From contig JABANN010000165.1 in assembly GCA_013115125.1 (NCBI GenBank), positions 1 through 58,532 of the forward strand: DNA of 58,532 bases, in the 5' to 3' direction. Below the pieces are notes generated by a model that searched no databases, had not been told where the DNA came from, and worked only from the letters and a program-made list of their open reading frames with translations. How positions within the stretch are numbered: the stretch's first letter is position 1; each line of letters opens with the position of its first letter. Source of the stretch: Perkinsus olseni (lineage: Eukaryota). A program made the position numbers and the translations under genes. This document shows, in pieces, positions 14,259 through 25,880 of the stretch.

Positions 14259-17200
14259 CTACTTCCCCGAACGCCCCAGCAAGGACTTCTCCGCGGCCGT
14301 CCACACGACTTCGCAGCTCCTATGGACGTCCCCAATCTTCCCGCTCCGACCCTTTTTATCGCCAACATCGTCATCACAAACCCACACCGAAAACCAATCG
14401 ACCGTCGCACTGCCTGGTAGCGGTGGCACTCCTGCTCCGCAAGGCTGAGAAATAGGAGGAAGATGCGTTGAGGAAATGCAAGATTGCAAGACTTCTACCT
14501 GCTTTTCTCTTTGCTTCACGGAAGGGCACGCTGAGCATATCTTAAACATAGAGTGGAATAAACTCGTATAAAGATATCCAATCCCATACGCCAACTTATA
14601 CAACGGTACTGCGAATAGAAGTAACGTCCTGATGTAAAAAGCGCTCGCCCGCCTGATCGATTTCCAAGCTCAGTACATCTTCCAATGCCGCTTAATCTCC
14701 GGTCTTCTCCGGAGCGACAAGCAGGTCTCGATCACAGACAGGACGTTGAGAATGAGGTAATAAATCTGCCGAAAAAGCGGAAAAATTTGTCTCAGAAATG
14801 ATTCGGACATAATTTTTTCACGCGCCGCAAAAAAAATCAAGAAAATTGTTTTTTCATCCATCCGTGAAAGACACTACAAAACAGGCTTGTTTCCAGCATT
14901 TTTTCTGTTTTTTTCGGGAAAAGGGAAGAATTTCCGAAAAAATCCTCCAACTCATGATTATTACCCCGAGTAATATTGGTATGTCGATAGGCGCACGCAG
15001 GAGCAACGTACCCAAATAAAACGGCCTGAAAAAGCAAGAAAAATCAGAAAAAATGCGGGAAAATTCTGGAAAATTCGCAAACCTACCGGACAACGACAAA
15101 GAAGGCAGGAACGAGGTAGTAGAGGGCGATGCTGAGCTTTGCCGCCCATCTGAGAGAAGCGGATGGAGTGGTACGCACATGATTAATTCCGCGTACCTGG
15201 GCCAAGTAGAAACAAAGGGGTTGATGAACTCCCAGACAAGCGTGCAAAGGAGCCGCCAATCTTTGCAGTGCGACCCGAACTGATCATGATTCGTTACTCG
15301 AACCTGAGCTCAAAAAGATCCTTCCCTTGGCTCAACCGAACACCACTTGCCGCCTCACAACGACCGGCCGTCCAGACTCGAGGACCCACCAGAGCGTTAT
15401 CATCGCACACAGAAAAGGAAGAAGAATCGACCCATACAGCAATCCATCGGGGGGGACTGGAATTTCACACAATGTCATTCATCGTGTAAAGTCAGCGCGC
15501 AACTGCGTACGCGTCCGTCATATAGCTAATATGCCTGTCTGCTGTCTGCCCTCGGCCGCGATAGCTCTTCTTCCCTCTCATGTTGAGTTCCCATCCGGAT
15601 CACGCTGAGGCGCTCCCGCATCGCCTACTCATGCTCCCTATCATTATCGCTCATAATCCAACAGTAACACACGAAGATTCTTTCTGCTTCCAATCGGCGG
15701 CAGGAGGTTACCCCGGAGTTCCTCTTTTTCGCGGCCAAAGCAAAAGTGATTACGTTATTCCCCAACTCTCAACTCTAGATCCTCATTTCTAGCGGAGCGA
15801 AGTTTTTTCCTATCCCCCTTCCTATGACCTGAGGAGCCGCAGTAGCCGTGGACGCTCCCTTCATGCGCATCTGCGTGATGGACATCCTTTGAGTTAACTC
15901 GCTGCTGGTCATGCATGCCTGATAAAGATACTCTTGAAGAAGAAGGCGGGTAACACTACAGAGCCTTCAACTTGTCTTTGCTACGGTTCGACCTAAGATT
16001 CCCCGATCCAGTTCAACAGTCTCGACGATACCCCTCTAATCAGCCCCATTGTCATTCCTGGCGACTAAATGATATTCACTAGTCTAACGGAAAATTTTCC
16101 CCGAAATTTCCGCAGGATACGCGAAATTTTCGGGAAAAAATCTTATTTTCCGCCGGGAAATCCCCTCACCCCATCCGTCCCGCTGAGCTTCTCCATGGTC
16201 TCGAAGAGAGCCTTTCGGTCCCACAGGCACACTGACTTCTGCGGCACCACTACTGCGCTCCTCCCCAGCTTCTGCTGCGTTAAAGACACGCTGAAAGAAC
16301 AAACGAAAACTACGAAAATTGCAGAAAAAATCGAGGCACACCCAAACAAAGTCGCAAAACCAAAATCCTGAAGAAATTTGGTACGCACGCATGCGCATTT
16401 CTAAGGCTCCAGCTGTTCCAATATCGATCAACCGATCGATTCTATGCATATCTTCCTCTGCACCCGACCTTATTACATTGCATCGGCCTTTAAAAGGTAA
16501 TCGTCCACCCAGACAGACTGTCCCTGTCCCTGGATGGTCGGCCGAACGGTAGATGGGAACCACACGACGTTATTCCCGCTGCTTGATATAGACTGAGGAG
16601 ACGGGAAAAACAGGGAATTTCCCGGAAAATTCCGAAATATTCCGAAGAGAATAAAGGAGATATTTTATACGAAAACACTACATGTCAAAACTTGGCGATA
16701 ATTGGGAATCTCGCAATCTTGAAAGATCTCGCGATTCCTCAACGATCTCACCTTGGTATCAAGCTCCATAGAAGTAGGCAGTAACAAGTCGTCAACGCCA
16801 TCCACGTCGTCGATCACCAGGGCGTAGCGAAACCTGCAGGGAATCTTTCGGCCCGCATCTCTTCATCTCGACTTACGATGGAACCTTCACGCCTCCAGAA
16901 GATACGTTGTACCGTCGGACTTGCGAGGATATCCAATACTTGTTTGCCCAGTGGATGGCTATCGTCTTGTCGTCTTCCGGCAAGTAAGCATAGTTAATAT
17001 CGGGAGATACTGTGTCCTGCAATCCGGAGGGCGCAGGTTCGATCCTCGGTGGGTCTATTTCATGCAGTAACTCTCAATCAATGATTCAGTCAATCAGAAT
17101 ATCTCCGTATGCGATAATCGATCATGTGATCGATTTCATTAGCGATACTCACCTGAAGCATCTTCCAACAGTCATCGGCCGGCATCAGTCCCGGACCGTG

Positions 17201-17720
17201 ATCAACAACAAAAACCCGAGAAAATCCGGGTGCATTACAGGGGAAAAGATTCTCGCATCTGAGAAATGCGCACAGCGAAGATTAACAAAAGATATCCCCA
17301 GCGCACAGCAAAGATTCTCCTCACCTGCGGACGAGCTTGGCGATTCGCTTCCCCTTGGTAAAATCGGCACAACTGCCGCTTCTAATTGCGATTATTGCGC
17401 AGACGTCAGGGTCCACGCTGGAGACCTGTCTCGGGACTGAAAAGATACCGCAACTTGAAATCTTGCGTTTCCTCAACGTCCCAGAAATCCCTTCCGCATG
17501 ACACCCAGAAAATCCCCTGTGTATTCCTGTAAATTTTCAGTCCATCTCTGAAAAATTCCCGCGAATCCCCTTCCCGGGTAAAAAATTTCCGGAAAAATTT
17601 ACCAGGAAAATAATTTTTCCCGTATCTCACATTTTTCGATCGGACTGAACTCGTGTGCTCGCCGGGAGATCTCCGCTGAGCTCATCCGCTCTGGCTTCAC
17701 GTCAGCCACCCGAGGCCACC
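14259..17720 (-). CDS. GT2-family membrane glycosyltransferase-like protein, paralog 2 (N-terminal exons may extend to an ATG at 22260)
   Basis: Exon motifs SRVFVVDHGPGLMPADDCWKMLQ, VSPDINYAYLPEDDKTIAIHWANKYWIS, FRYALVIDDVDG, VVWFPSTV, SVCLWDRKALFE and PLPGSATVDWFSVW. Confidence 0.65.
15026..15086 (-). promoter_or_regulatory. Intron composed almost entirely of 10-bp phased A/T tracts (PATC-like; representative example)
   Basis: A-tracts at 15029-33, 15039-43, 15048-53, 15060-63, 15070-73 and 15079-81, between a GTAGG donor and a TTTTCAG acceptor on the minus strand. Confidence 0.6.
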
Positions 17721-19912
17721 TGAAACAAAAAATACTTGACGGAAAAATGGCCTGGGCGCAAGAAAAGTAAATTACCGTACGAAGGATTCGAACCGACGAC
17801 CTTTAGATTCCAAGCCAGCACCCCCTACCATGTGGCTCTCAGAGCTGCCGGAATTCCCATCACTATCAGCACGGCGATGTCCGCCAGAACGAGCAAGTCT
17901 GTGAAGACCCACGGAGAAGTCCCCGCCTGTTGGATACCCCGAGCGGCATCTAGTATACCTAAAATCTTGCAATCTTGCTCTTTCTTATGTTTTCTCAACT
18001 TACTCCACCAGGACGATTCGAATAGTTGCCGGGGAGATACCACGAAAACGAAAAGGCACGCCAGAATGTGGACAACGAGGAAACTGAAAAAAGACAGATA
18101 TCGTGACCGCGCGCCACAAAAATATGACAAAATCTTCGCTGTGCGCGAAGATATGCCCACCTTCATTACAAAATAGCGCGCAGTATCGTCTTTAGCACTC
18201 CCCTGATGAGCGCAACTTTACGCCGCTTCCGGATACCAACCTGCCACAAAAAATAGGAAAAAATACAGAAAATCCATATTTTGCGGGAAAAAAATCCTGA
18301 AAATTTTGCTACTGAAAAAAGGAAGATGTACGCAAAGAAGTTTCGACCGATTGCAATTTCGCGCGCCACGAAATTCGATCCCTCACCCGCATGCTCTTCA
18401 CTTGAACGCTCCACCCAGCAGCACGCTCTCGACATAGCGGGTTCATCGCACCTGTAAAAGATGCGTTCCTGCGCACAGCAAAGATTCCTCCAACCTCCCC
18501 TACCGATTCCGAACCTTGACGCCGAGTGCGCCCGAGCGAACATCGCTGTTGGACTGGGGTCGTGGCTCAGGATACTCCTACGAGTTACGCAAGGAGTGGT
18601 ACGGAGTTTCTGGGTGAATCCAAAACTCACCCGTGCTCAAAATACTTATGGACGTTCGACCTCAGCCCCGACGGAGAATCTTGATCGGCCGAAAATCCTC
18701 GAGCTCCCGGGGACAAACTTCCTTCCTGAAAAAAATCGGAAAAGTTTCCGGAAAATCAGAAAATTACGAAACCTGTCAGTCTTACCAGTCTCTCCCCTTC
18801 ACTATCCGTTTGACGTTGCGCTTCAACCATATACCTACACCAATTACACTTGGAATCTTGCAATCTTGCGCTTCCTTGCAATTACCTAACGCCCTCGGCC
18901 TCCCAGCGAGCTTCAACCCTTCTTCGCATCTCTCGTCTAACGTCATGCATGTGACTGGCTATAACCGAGCAATCCACCGCACGCTCATGCCGCTGGTAAA
19001 TTTCGCACCACTGAAGGACAGGAAAAATCTTCGCCGTGCGTAAAGATACTCTCCCCAGCTCACCCAAAGATATACCTCTCGCGTGGCTACCAGGAGGACG
19101 AGGATAATGCCAGCAATGATGAATCCTTGAATTACAACAATATGACCAGGAGAAACCTGAAGGGAAAAATTCGGAAAATTTTCGGATAATTTTCCAGAAG
19201 CGAAAAAAAAAGAATCAGAAATTTGCCATACTCATAAAATTTCCGGAAAATCGTCAATCATTTCCCGCGGTAAAGTTTAGAGGAAAAATCATCAATTTCC
19301 CACGCCGAGAAATTTTACAAACTCAGGAAATTTCTCTGAGGAAAATTTGTAAACCCGGCAGAAAAAAGGATACAAAATTCACGGCAAAAATGGCAGAGCA
19401 AAAAATTCCGAAACAAACTTCGCTCCGCTAAGAATGTTTTTTACATTTCCGTCAGCAGAGCAGACCGGCTCCAAACCAATAACCGCGTTATTGACAGTAA
19501 CTTTATGCTCCTCATCCATTGTCAACCGGAGAGGCGATGAATTGGAAAAATACGGCGGGAATCTAAAAAAAATAATTTCGCGCGCCACGAAATTACGTAT
19601 CTTTCGACCTCATATCTGACCAGGATACCCGAGAACTGTCGGCGATGGTGACGCTCGGGTCCACCACATGCGAGCATGGCAGGGCGGAGATGCAGGTCCA
19701 GCAGTGGGCACCCGCACAATCACCGGAAAATTCATCTGTCGTGAAAAAACCTGAAAAAGTAAGGGAAATTTCCGGGAAAAATTGATCCTGGATTCGACCG
19801 CGGGGCGGGGAAACTTGAAAAGGAATAAATAAGATAAGAAGTGAGAAGATACCCAGCAACGCATGCCATTCGATTTAGCGTCACGCGCTACGAAATTGCC
19901 CTCAATCTGACA

Positions 19913-20023
19913 GGAAAATTCACCGTCACGCGCCGCGAAACTATCCTCCATTACGAAATTCACCGTCACGCGCCGCGAAACTACCCTCCATTAAGAAATT
20001 CACCGTCACGCGCCACAAAATTA
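19913..20023. repeat. 40-bp tandem repeat (about 2.7 copies), each unit carrying the GTCACGCGCC(A/G)C(G/A)AAA motif
   Basis: Unit GAAATTCACCGTCACGCGCCGCGAAACTATCCTCCATTAC, with the motif starting near 19925, 19965 and 20005. Confidence 0.9.
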
Positions 20024-20400
20024 CTCACCGCAAACAGCTCCAGTGTCAAGACTGTAATCAGTAATTTCTTTCATTTCCGTTTGGCTGACGGCCTGGGTCG
20101 GGTCGAATTGGAACCAGAGGCGACATCGGCTGCCCTCGATAGTGTCATGCGTACCCGTCACATCCCAGGCTGCGAACACCTAAAAATTTCGGGAAAAAAC
20201 TTGAAAATTTTCCCCAATTTCCGCCGAAAATATCTGTGTCTCATGAAAGTGATGAAATTTTGCCGGAATCTTCACTGTTATCGGTTCAGTGGTGATCACG
20301 GAAAAAAAGAGAAAGTAAAAAATTAGAGGAAGAGAAAAGGCGAAAAAAGGATATCTTTCGACCGTCACGGCCCAGGTTGTGAGCAGTGCTCACTGAGCAC

Positions 20401-20503
20401 CTGCAGAAAATTCGTGAAAAAATTCCAAAAAAATTGCGAGAAATCAGACAAAAATGACAAAAAATAGGAAAATTCCCAAAAAATGATAGAAAAGGCAGAA
20501 AAA
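20401..20503. promoter_or_regulatory. Run of ten A-tracts phased at about 10 bp (PATC-like)
   Basis: A-tracts start at 20407, 20417, 20427, 20441, 20450, 20459, 20469, 20478, 20490 and 20499. Confidence 0.6.
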
Positions 20504-22404
20504 TATCTTTCGACCGTTTATTGAGTACTTGCCCACCTTAGAATAGCCCGGCACTTCACCGTAGGTGTGAGCCGCTCTGATGCACGTAAGCTCACTGAAC
20601 CATTCAGTTGACTGGGTGAAGACAGTTGCACTAATAATGATAGATATAACCTGGCATACAACCCGACCTATTTCGTATCTTGCAAGCTCAACCTCATTGA
20701 TACCACTTACAATCCAGATAATGGTGAACAGTATTCGACAGCAATACCCACAAGGATTCACCAATCTCTTGGGCAACGTACTGCGGAAATACCTGATGAT
20801 GAAAAAGCTGAGCCGACTTATTTCGTATCTTACACGCTCAACCTAAGATACCCGAGCGGCTCTCCAATTCGTTGCTCAACTCCAACAGCCAATGCTTATA
20901 ACCCTGCTGGTGCGCCAAAACACTACTACCGAGCCAAAAGTCCACTCAAACGATTATACCCGGGTAAAAACGTTCCCCACTTTCTCTCATAGGTCATCAT
21001 TTCCTCCATAGGCGACATGCCCGTCCGCGGAGTCCTCGCGCTCGTCGTGGCAGCCGAAACCATCAAGACATCGGTATCGAGAAGAATATCTCTATCCGAC
21101 GCTATTTCCGCTGACGGACTAACACCACCGGCTGACAGAACGGGGCGATGCAAAAAGCGCTCGCCATAGTGATCGATTCACCAACTCACCATCGGATCCG
21201 AAGGAATCTGCTCGGCGGCGAAATTTAGGAGAGGACCGGCGTACTCGCGCTGACAGTAGAAAAAGTGAGAAAAAAGACATAAATTTTCACGGGAAAAATA
21301 AAGTTGCAAATATATTCTCACCCGGCGATACTTCCGCTGCCGCTAACGTAAAAAAGTCGGAGAAATAGGAAAAAATTAACAAATTCAGACGGTGAATAAG
21401 CGGAAATTTCCGGATGAGGATGGGCACTCAGAGCCTATACGATAATATCGAAAACTACTTACCACCGTTGAAAAAACGTACAAGACGAGAAAAAAACGAA
21501 AAAAACGTCTCATCCTGAATCTCTCGAAAAAAATATTTTCGGAATTAAACTGGTAAAATTATTCGGTAAATTTTACCGATTGAGAAATTTGCAGAACGAG
21601 GCGGCTGCACGGTTAGCACGATGCAAAACGTTCTCCCCTAGGAATCGAACCCGGGTCGTCCGTCAAACAAACTAACGCTCTCCCTACTCGGCCGTGATTC
21701 CCCTATCTCAATCTCTTGCGGCGGTTCCGGCGGCGGAGATATCGAACCATCCTCCTGGATAACATCAAACTGTTCCGGAGGCGGGGACGGTGGAGAAGGA
21801 GCCACCGGGGACGGGGCTTTCCGCGGCGAGGCGGTTCGTCTGAGAAAATGCAAGTGGAGCAAGATTGGTAAGGCCCATAGCACGACCACAAACCCCGTCA
21901 GAAAAATCTTAATTTTCCCGAAAATACAGAAATTTTCTTATGATTTTTCCCCTCACCTCGGGCTGTCCGTTGCTAATTTTGGCGTTCCCGGATGGAGGGG
22001 CGGCCGCCGAGGGCCGACGGACGGACTCGGAGCGCGCGGTGGCTGACTGCGTGGCGCTGAAGGAGCAATAAAATATCTTTCTACGTACGTTCGCCACGCT
22101 TCGACCTAAGATACCTACTTCTCTGTGCAGGGGAGTTTGCCGTCCGCATGTGAACGCTCTGACGGCCCCTCGACGAGGATTCCCTCACGCCCGATCCGCT
22201 CCGACGGTGCGATGAGCTACCACCACCAGCAGCAGCAGACGGCGTGGACTTGTAGGCCATGGAAGAAGAAGAACAACAACAATAACGCAGTAGTGCCACT
22301 ACTGACCCGAAAGTGTCAAACAAAAAACGCTTCGCTCCGCTAACACAATCTCCCTGATCGAAACCTTCCGTGGTTCGGACGACATTACTGTAACTACTCA
22401 AAAA

Positions 22405-22639
22405 CCGCATCGCTCCGCCTACATTACCAATACAAACGAATAACAATACCGCTCCGCTCCGCCTACATTACCAATACAAACGAATAACAGTACCGCTTCG
22501 CTCCGCCTACATTACCAATACAAACGAATAACAATACCGCTTCGCTCCGCCTGCATTACCAATACAAACGAATAACAATACCGCTTCGCTCCGCCTACAT
22601 TACCAATACAAACGAATAACAATACCGCTTCGCTCCGCC
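22405..22639. repeat. 44-bp minisatellite (about 5.3 copies) containing the CTTCGCTCCGC motif
   Basis: Unit CGCTCCGCCTACATTACCAATACAAACGAATAACAATACCGCTT at 22411, 22455, 22499, 22543, 22587 and 22631 (partial). Confidence 0.95.
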
Positions 22640-23099
22640 CTCCCATTGAACCCACACTATAACCAAATTCCGTCCTTCTGATAAGCCGCTTGATTAATGA
22701 CTCCGTTACGGCTTTCCCGATTCCCTCAGGAGACCCCGGAAAATGCGTTTTTACACAGAAGTCCGCGGAATGGTAAATTCAGCAAAGAATCTTACAATAA
22801 CAATCTCAGCCTGCCCAACCAAAAGGTACGCTTCCGCACAGCGAAGGTTTTCCTCTTATTCTTCGGAGCCTTGGCGATCAGGGTGATGGTGATGATGATC
22901 TCCGGTACCCTGCGGGCCCGCGCCCTTCCATACCTGCATCACCAACATAATAATTTCGTGGCGCGCGGTCAGAAATCCCAACAGAAATTTGCACAGACAT
23001 CCATACATAATTTTTCCACGAAACTACAAAAACCGTAAATTACCTCGAAAAATTTTCGGCAGGCCCGAAGAGGTCCCCGGTTCGAACCCCAAGGCCGAC

Positions 23100-25880
23100 A
23101 TTTCTCCCATTATTACCGAAAACCAGTCCACTTCCGTACTGGGCGGGCATGGCGGGATGTCTCGAATATCGTCCACTCGCAGGCCGACCCGCAAAGAGTT
23201 CTCATCGCCGGTCAGAGCACGCTCTTGCCAGTTCGATCCGAAGAGCAGTACGAAGTGCTGAGAGAGAAGCCCAAAGGTCCCCGGTTCAATTCCCGGCGCC
23301 CACGTTTTTCTGTCGCCCAATTTTACGACGATTACGTGGGAAAAATCTGCTAATCAATCTGGCTGATTCACCCGAGGAATCGATCCTTGCCCCCACAGGT
23401 TCGATTCCCAGGACCGGCATTTCTTACCCCAGCTATTCTTGTAAATGAATTAATCGCTTGAAAAAACGGGTGAAGTAAAAACCCGCGAATGCCGTACGAA
23501 GTGCCCGGCCGGCGTATTCTTGATAACCTGAGATTAACAAAAATCTTCGCTGTGCGTGAAGATACGCCCGACACAAAAAATTCCCTGTCAGCGGGATATG
23601 TTTTATCATGAATGCCATTATCTTTCGAATCCGTAGTCTGTTCGAAAACAATCTCGCTCGCCCGAAAAACCCACCCTCTCTTATCCGAGGCCAAGGTCAA
23701 GGCAGCCAGAAACCATGCAAAGACGACCAGAACGACGAGCATCACCAACAGTGCCAGCGGGTCACGAAACACCAGCGAACAAAGTATCTGACAAAGACGA
23801 CGTCGCCGGGAATCGAACCTGCGCCTCACCATGTACCTCCACGAAAATCAGAAAAAAAATCAAGTTCCCGTCTCAACAAAAAATGAATCAGAAAATGCCT
23901 TATCAGAGGATCGAACCCGGGACCTACCAGAGGGCGCAGGAAGTCCAATATTCCGGATAATATAGGAATGAAGAAAAGAAACGGCTTCACAATCACCGAT
24001 CGGAGGTGGGTGAGGGATGGTACCCAAAGGAGTTCGCGAAGGTATCTGAAAAAATGTGGTATCACAAGAAATTACAGACTTTTTGACTTCAGAATAATAG
24101 AAAAATATCGAAAAATTTTCGACTAGGGAGAAATTCGACAAATAGTGGCCACGTACAACATCATGAATCTTGCAGGCGCTGCAGCCTCGGTCTCCTGCGC
24201 CACATATTCTAAAAGGTTCCTCGGTTGAAATCCGACGTCAACCTGAACAAAAGTGAAAAAAATATCCAGAATTTACCCTAAAATTTCCCAACGGTGACCT
24301 TCACTCGCCACAAAACTATGCAAGTACGCTGGAAGACCCGCATACACCTTTCCCGCACAGGTTCGATCCCCACGGCTCACATATGGCGATTTTCCGAAAG
24401 TTTCAGGAGCTAATTGCTCCGCCGTTTGAATAGTGTCTTCATCTCTTTGCCGAAGCATCAACAACCCCGCGTATAAATTGCTCACCCTGAAGGGCTCCGT
24501 GCCATGCTCATACAATACCTGAAATAATTTCGTGGCGCAGTGAAACCTTCGACCTTCCGAGGAATGCAAATAATTTCGTGGCGCAGTGAAGCTTTCAACC
24601 CTCCAAGCAAGGCAAACAATTTCGTGGCGCAGTGAAGAATCTTCATCGAAAAAAGGTCACTAGCATCACGCTCAACACTACAACTAGTGATTCCGTAGGG
24701 CAGCGAGTAACTCCGTCAATGACACTCATCAACCTTAGATACCTTCCGATGTCCTCAAATTTTGAGGCTCAAAACCCAGAAATACCAATTTTCCTGACAA
24801 TTTTCCGAAATCTCTCGAAATTTTCCCATTTTTTCCATTTTTCCGCTCACCTTGTCAAGAGTTCCACGGTGCCACAGGCTGACGCCTCGCTGAGTAGCCA
24901 GAGCTCCTCCCAAAAATTGCGCTTGAAAATTGATGTGCGTTGATTCTAGTAAAAGCCGCATATCCGCAAATTTGGCCAAGTCTGGTGAGGGTCTCTGAAA
25001 AAATAGAAAAATCCGAAAAACTTCGCTCCGTCCTTTCCTACATTTCGTGGATCAATGGTGACGGGGAAATGAACCGCTGCGGGTCTCGTTTCTCTGAAAA
25101 AGGGAAAAATTTTCGGCAAAATTGCAGAAAATTTGCAAGCTTTTCCGAACTCACTCGAGATTAAGCGAGTGCAGGTCGAAACCGCTGGGTAATACCGTCT
25201 CGATGTCATCGATCACCAGGGCGTAGCGAAAAGTTGAGTTCCCACCTGACCGATGAAATGAATCTTCGACGCACTGCACACACAACCCAATGGCTCACCT
25301 CCATTCGACTTCGGTTCAGAGACACCCGAGTTGCCCGATCTGACCGTAGAAAAATGTATTAAAAATACCCTTGCCAGGGATCGAACCCACGACCTCCTTA
25401 CTTGATCTCAACGCCGCTCTCTCCCGCTGCCTTTTTACCAGCATAAGGTATCCAAATCTTGTTAGCCCAATAAGCCCCCAGTATCCTATTATTTTCCGGT
25501 AAATAACTGTAGTTAATATCAGGCGATACGACGGTGTGTATCTGAATAATTTCGTGGCGCGCGAAAAGTACGAACGGCTAAACGCACTCGAAAACGAGTT
25601 AACAAAAAGAGATTTCGTGGCGCGTGACGAATAAGAACAGCTACATGCACTCAAAAACGAGTTAACGAAGGATAATTTCGTGGCGCGTGACGGAAATCTC
25701 TCCTCAGAACCCACTTACCACTCGCCACGTATCGTCCACCGGAGTCAAGCCCGATCCACAATCCACCACAAAGATTTGCCGGGCGGGCAAACCGATGTCG
25801 AGCAGTCGGGTCAGACACCGGACTAGATTCCTACGGCTATCCACATTCCACGTACAAGCGCCGTTTCCCGGTAACTACGA
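23100..25880 (-). CDS. GT2-family membrane glycosyltransferase-like protein, paralog 3 (N-terminal exons probably extend to about 29 kb)
   Basis: Exon motifs LPARQIFVVDCGSGLTPVDDTWRV, VSPDINYSYLPENNRILGAYWANKIWIP, FRYALVIDDIETVLP, AAVHFPVT, HINFQAQFLGGALATQRGVSLWHRGTLDK, VLYEHGTEPFRVSNLYAGLLMLRQRD, TM segment FRDPLALLVMLVVLVVFAW and IPPCPPSTEVDWFSV. Confidence 0.7.
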
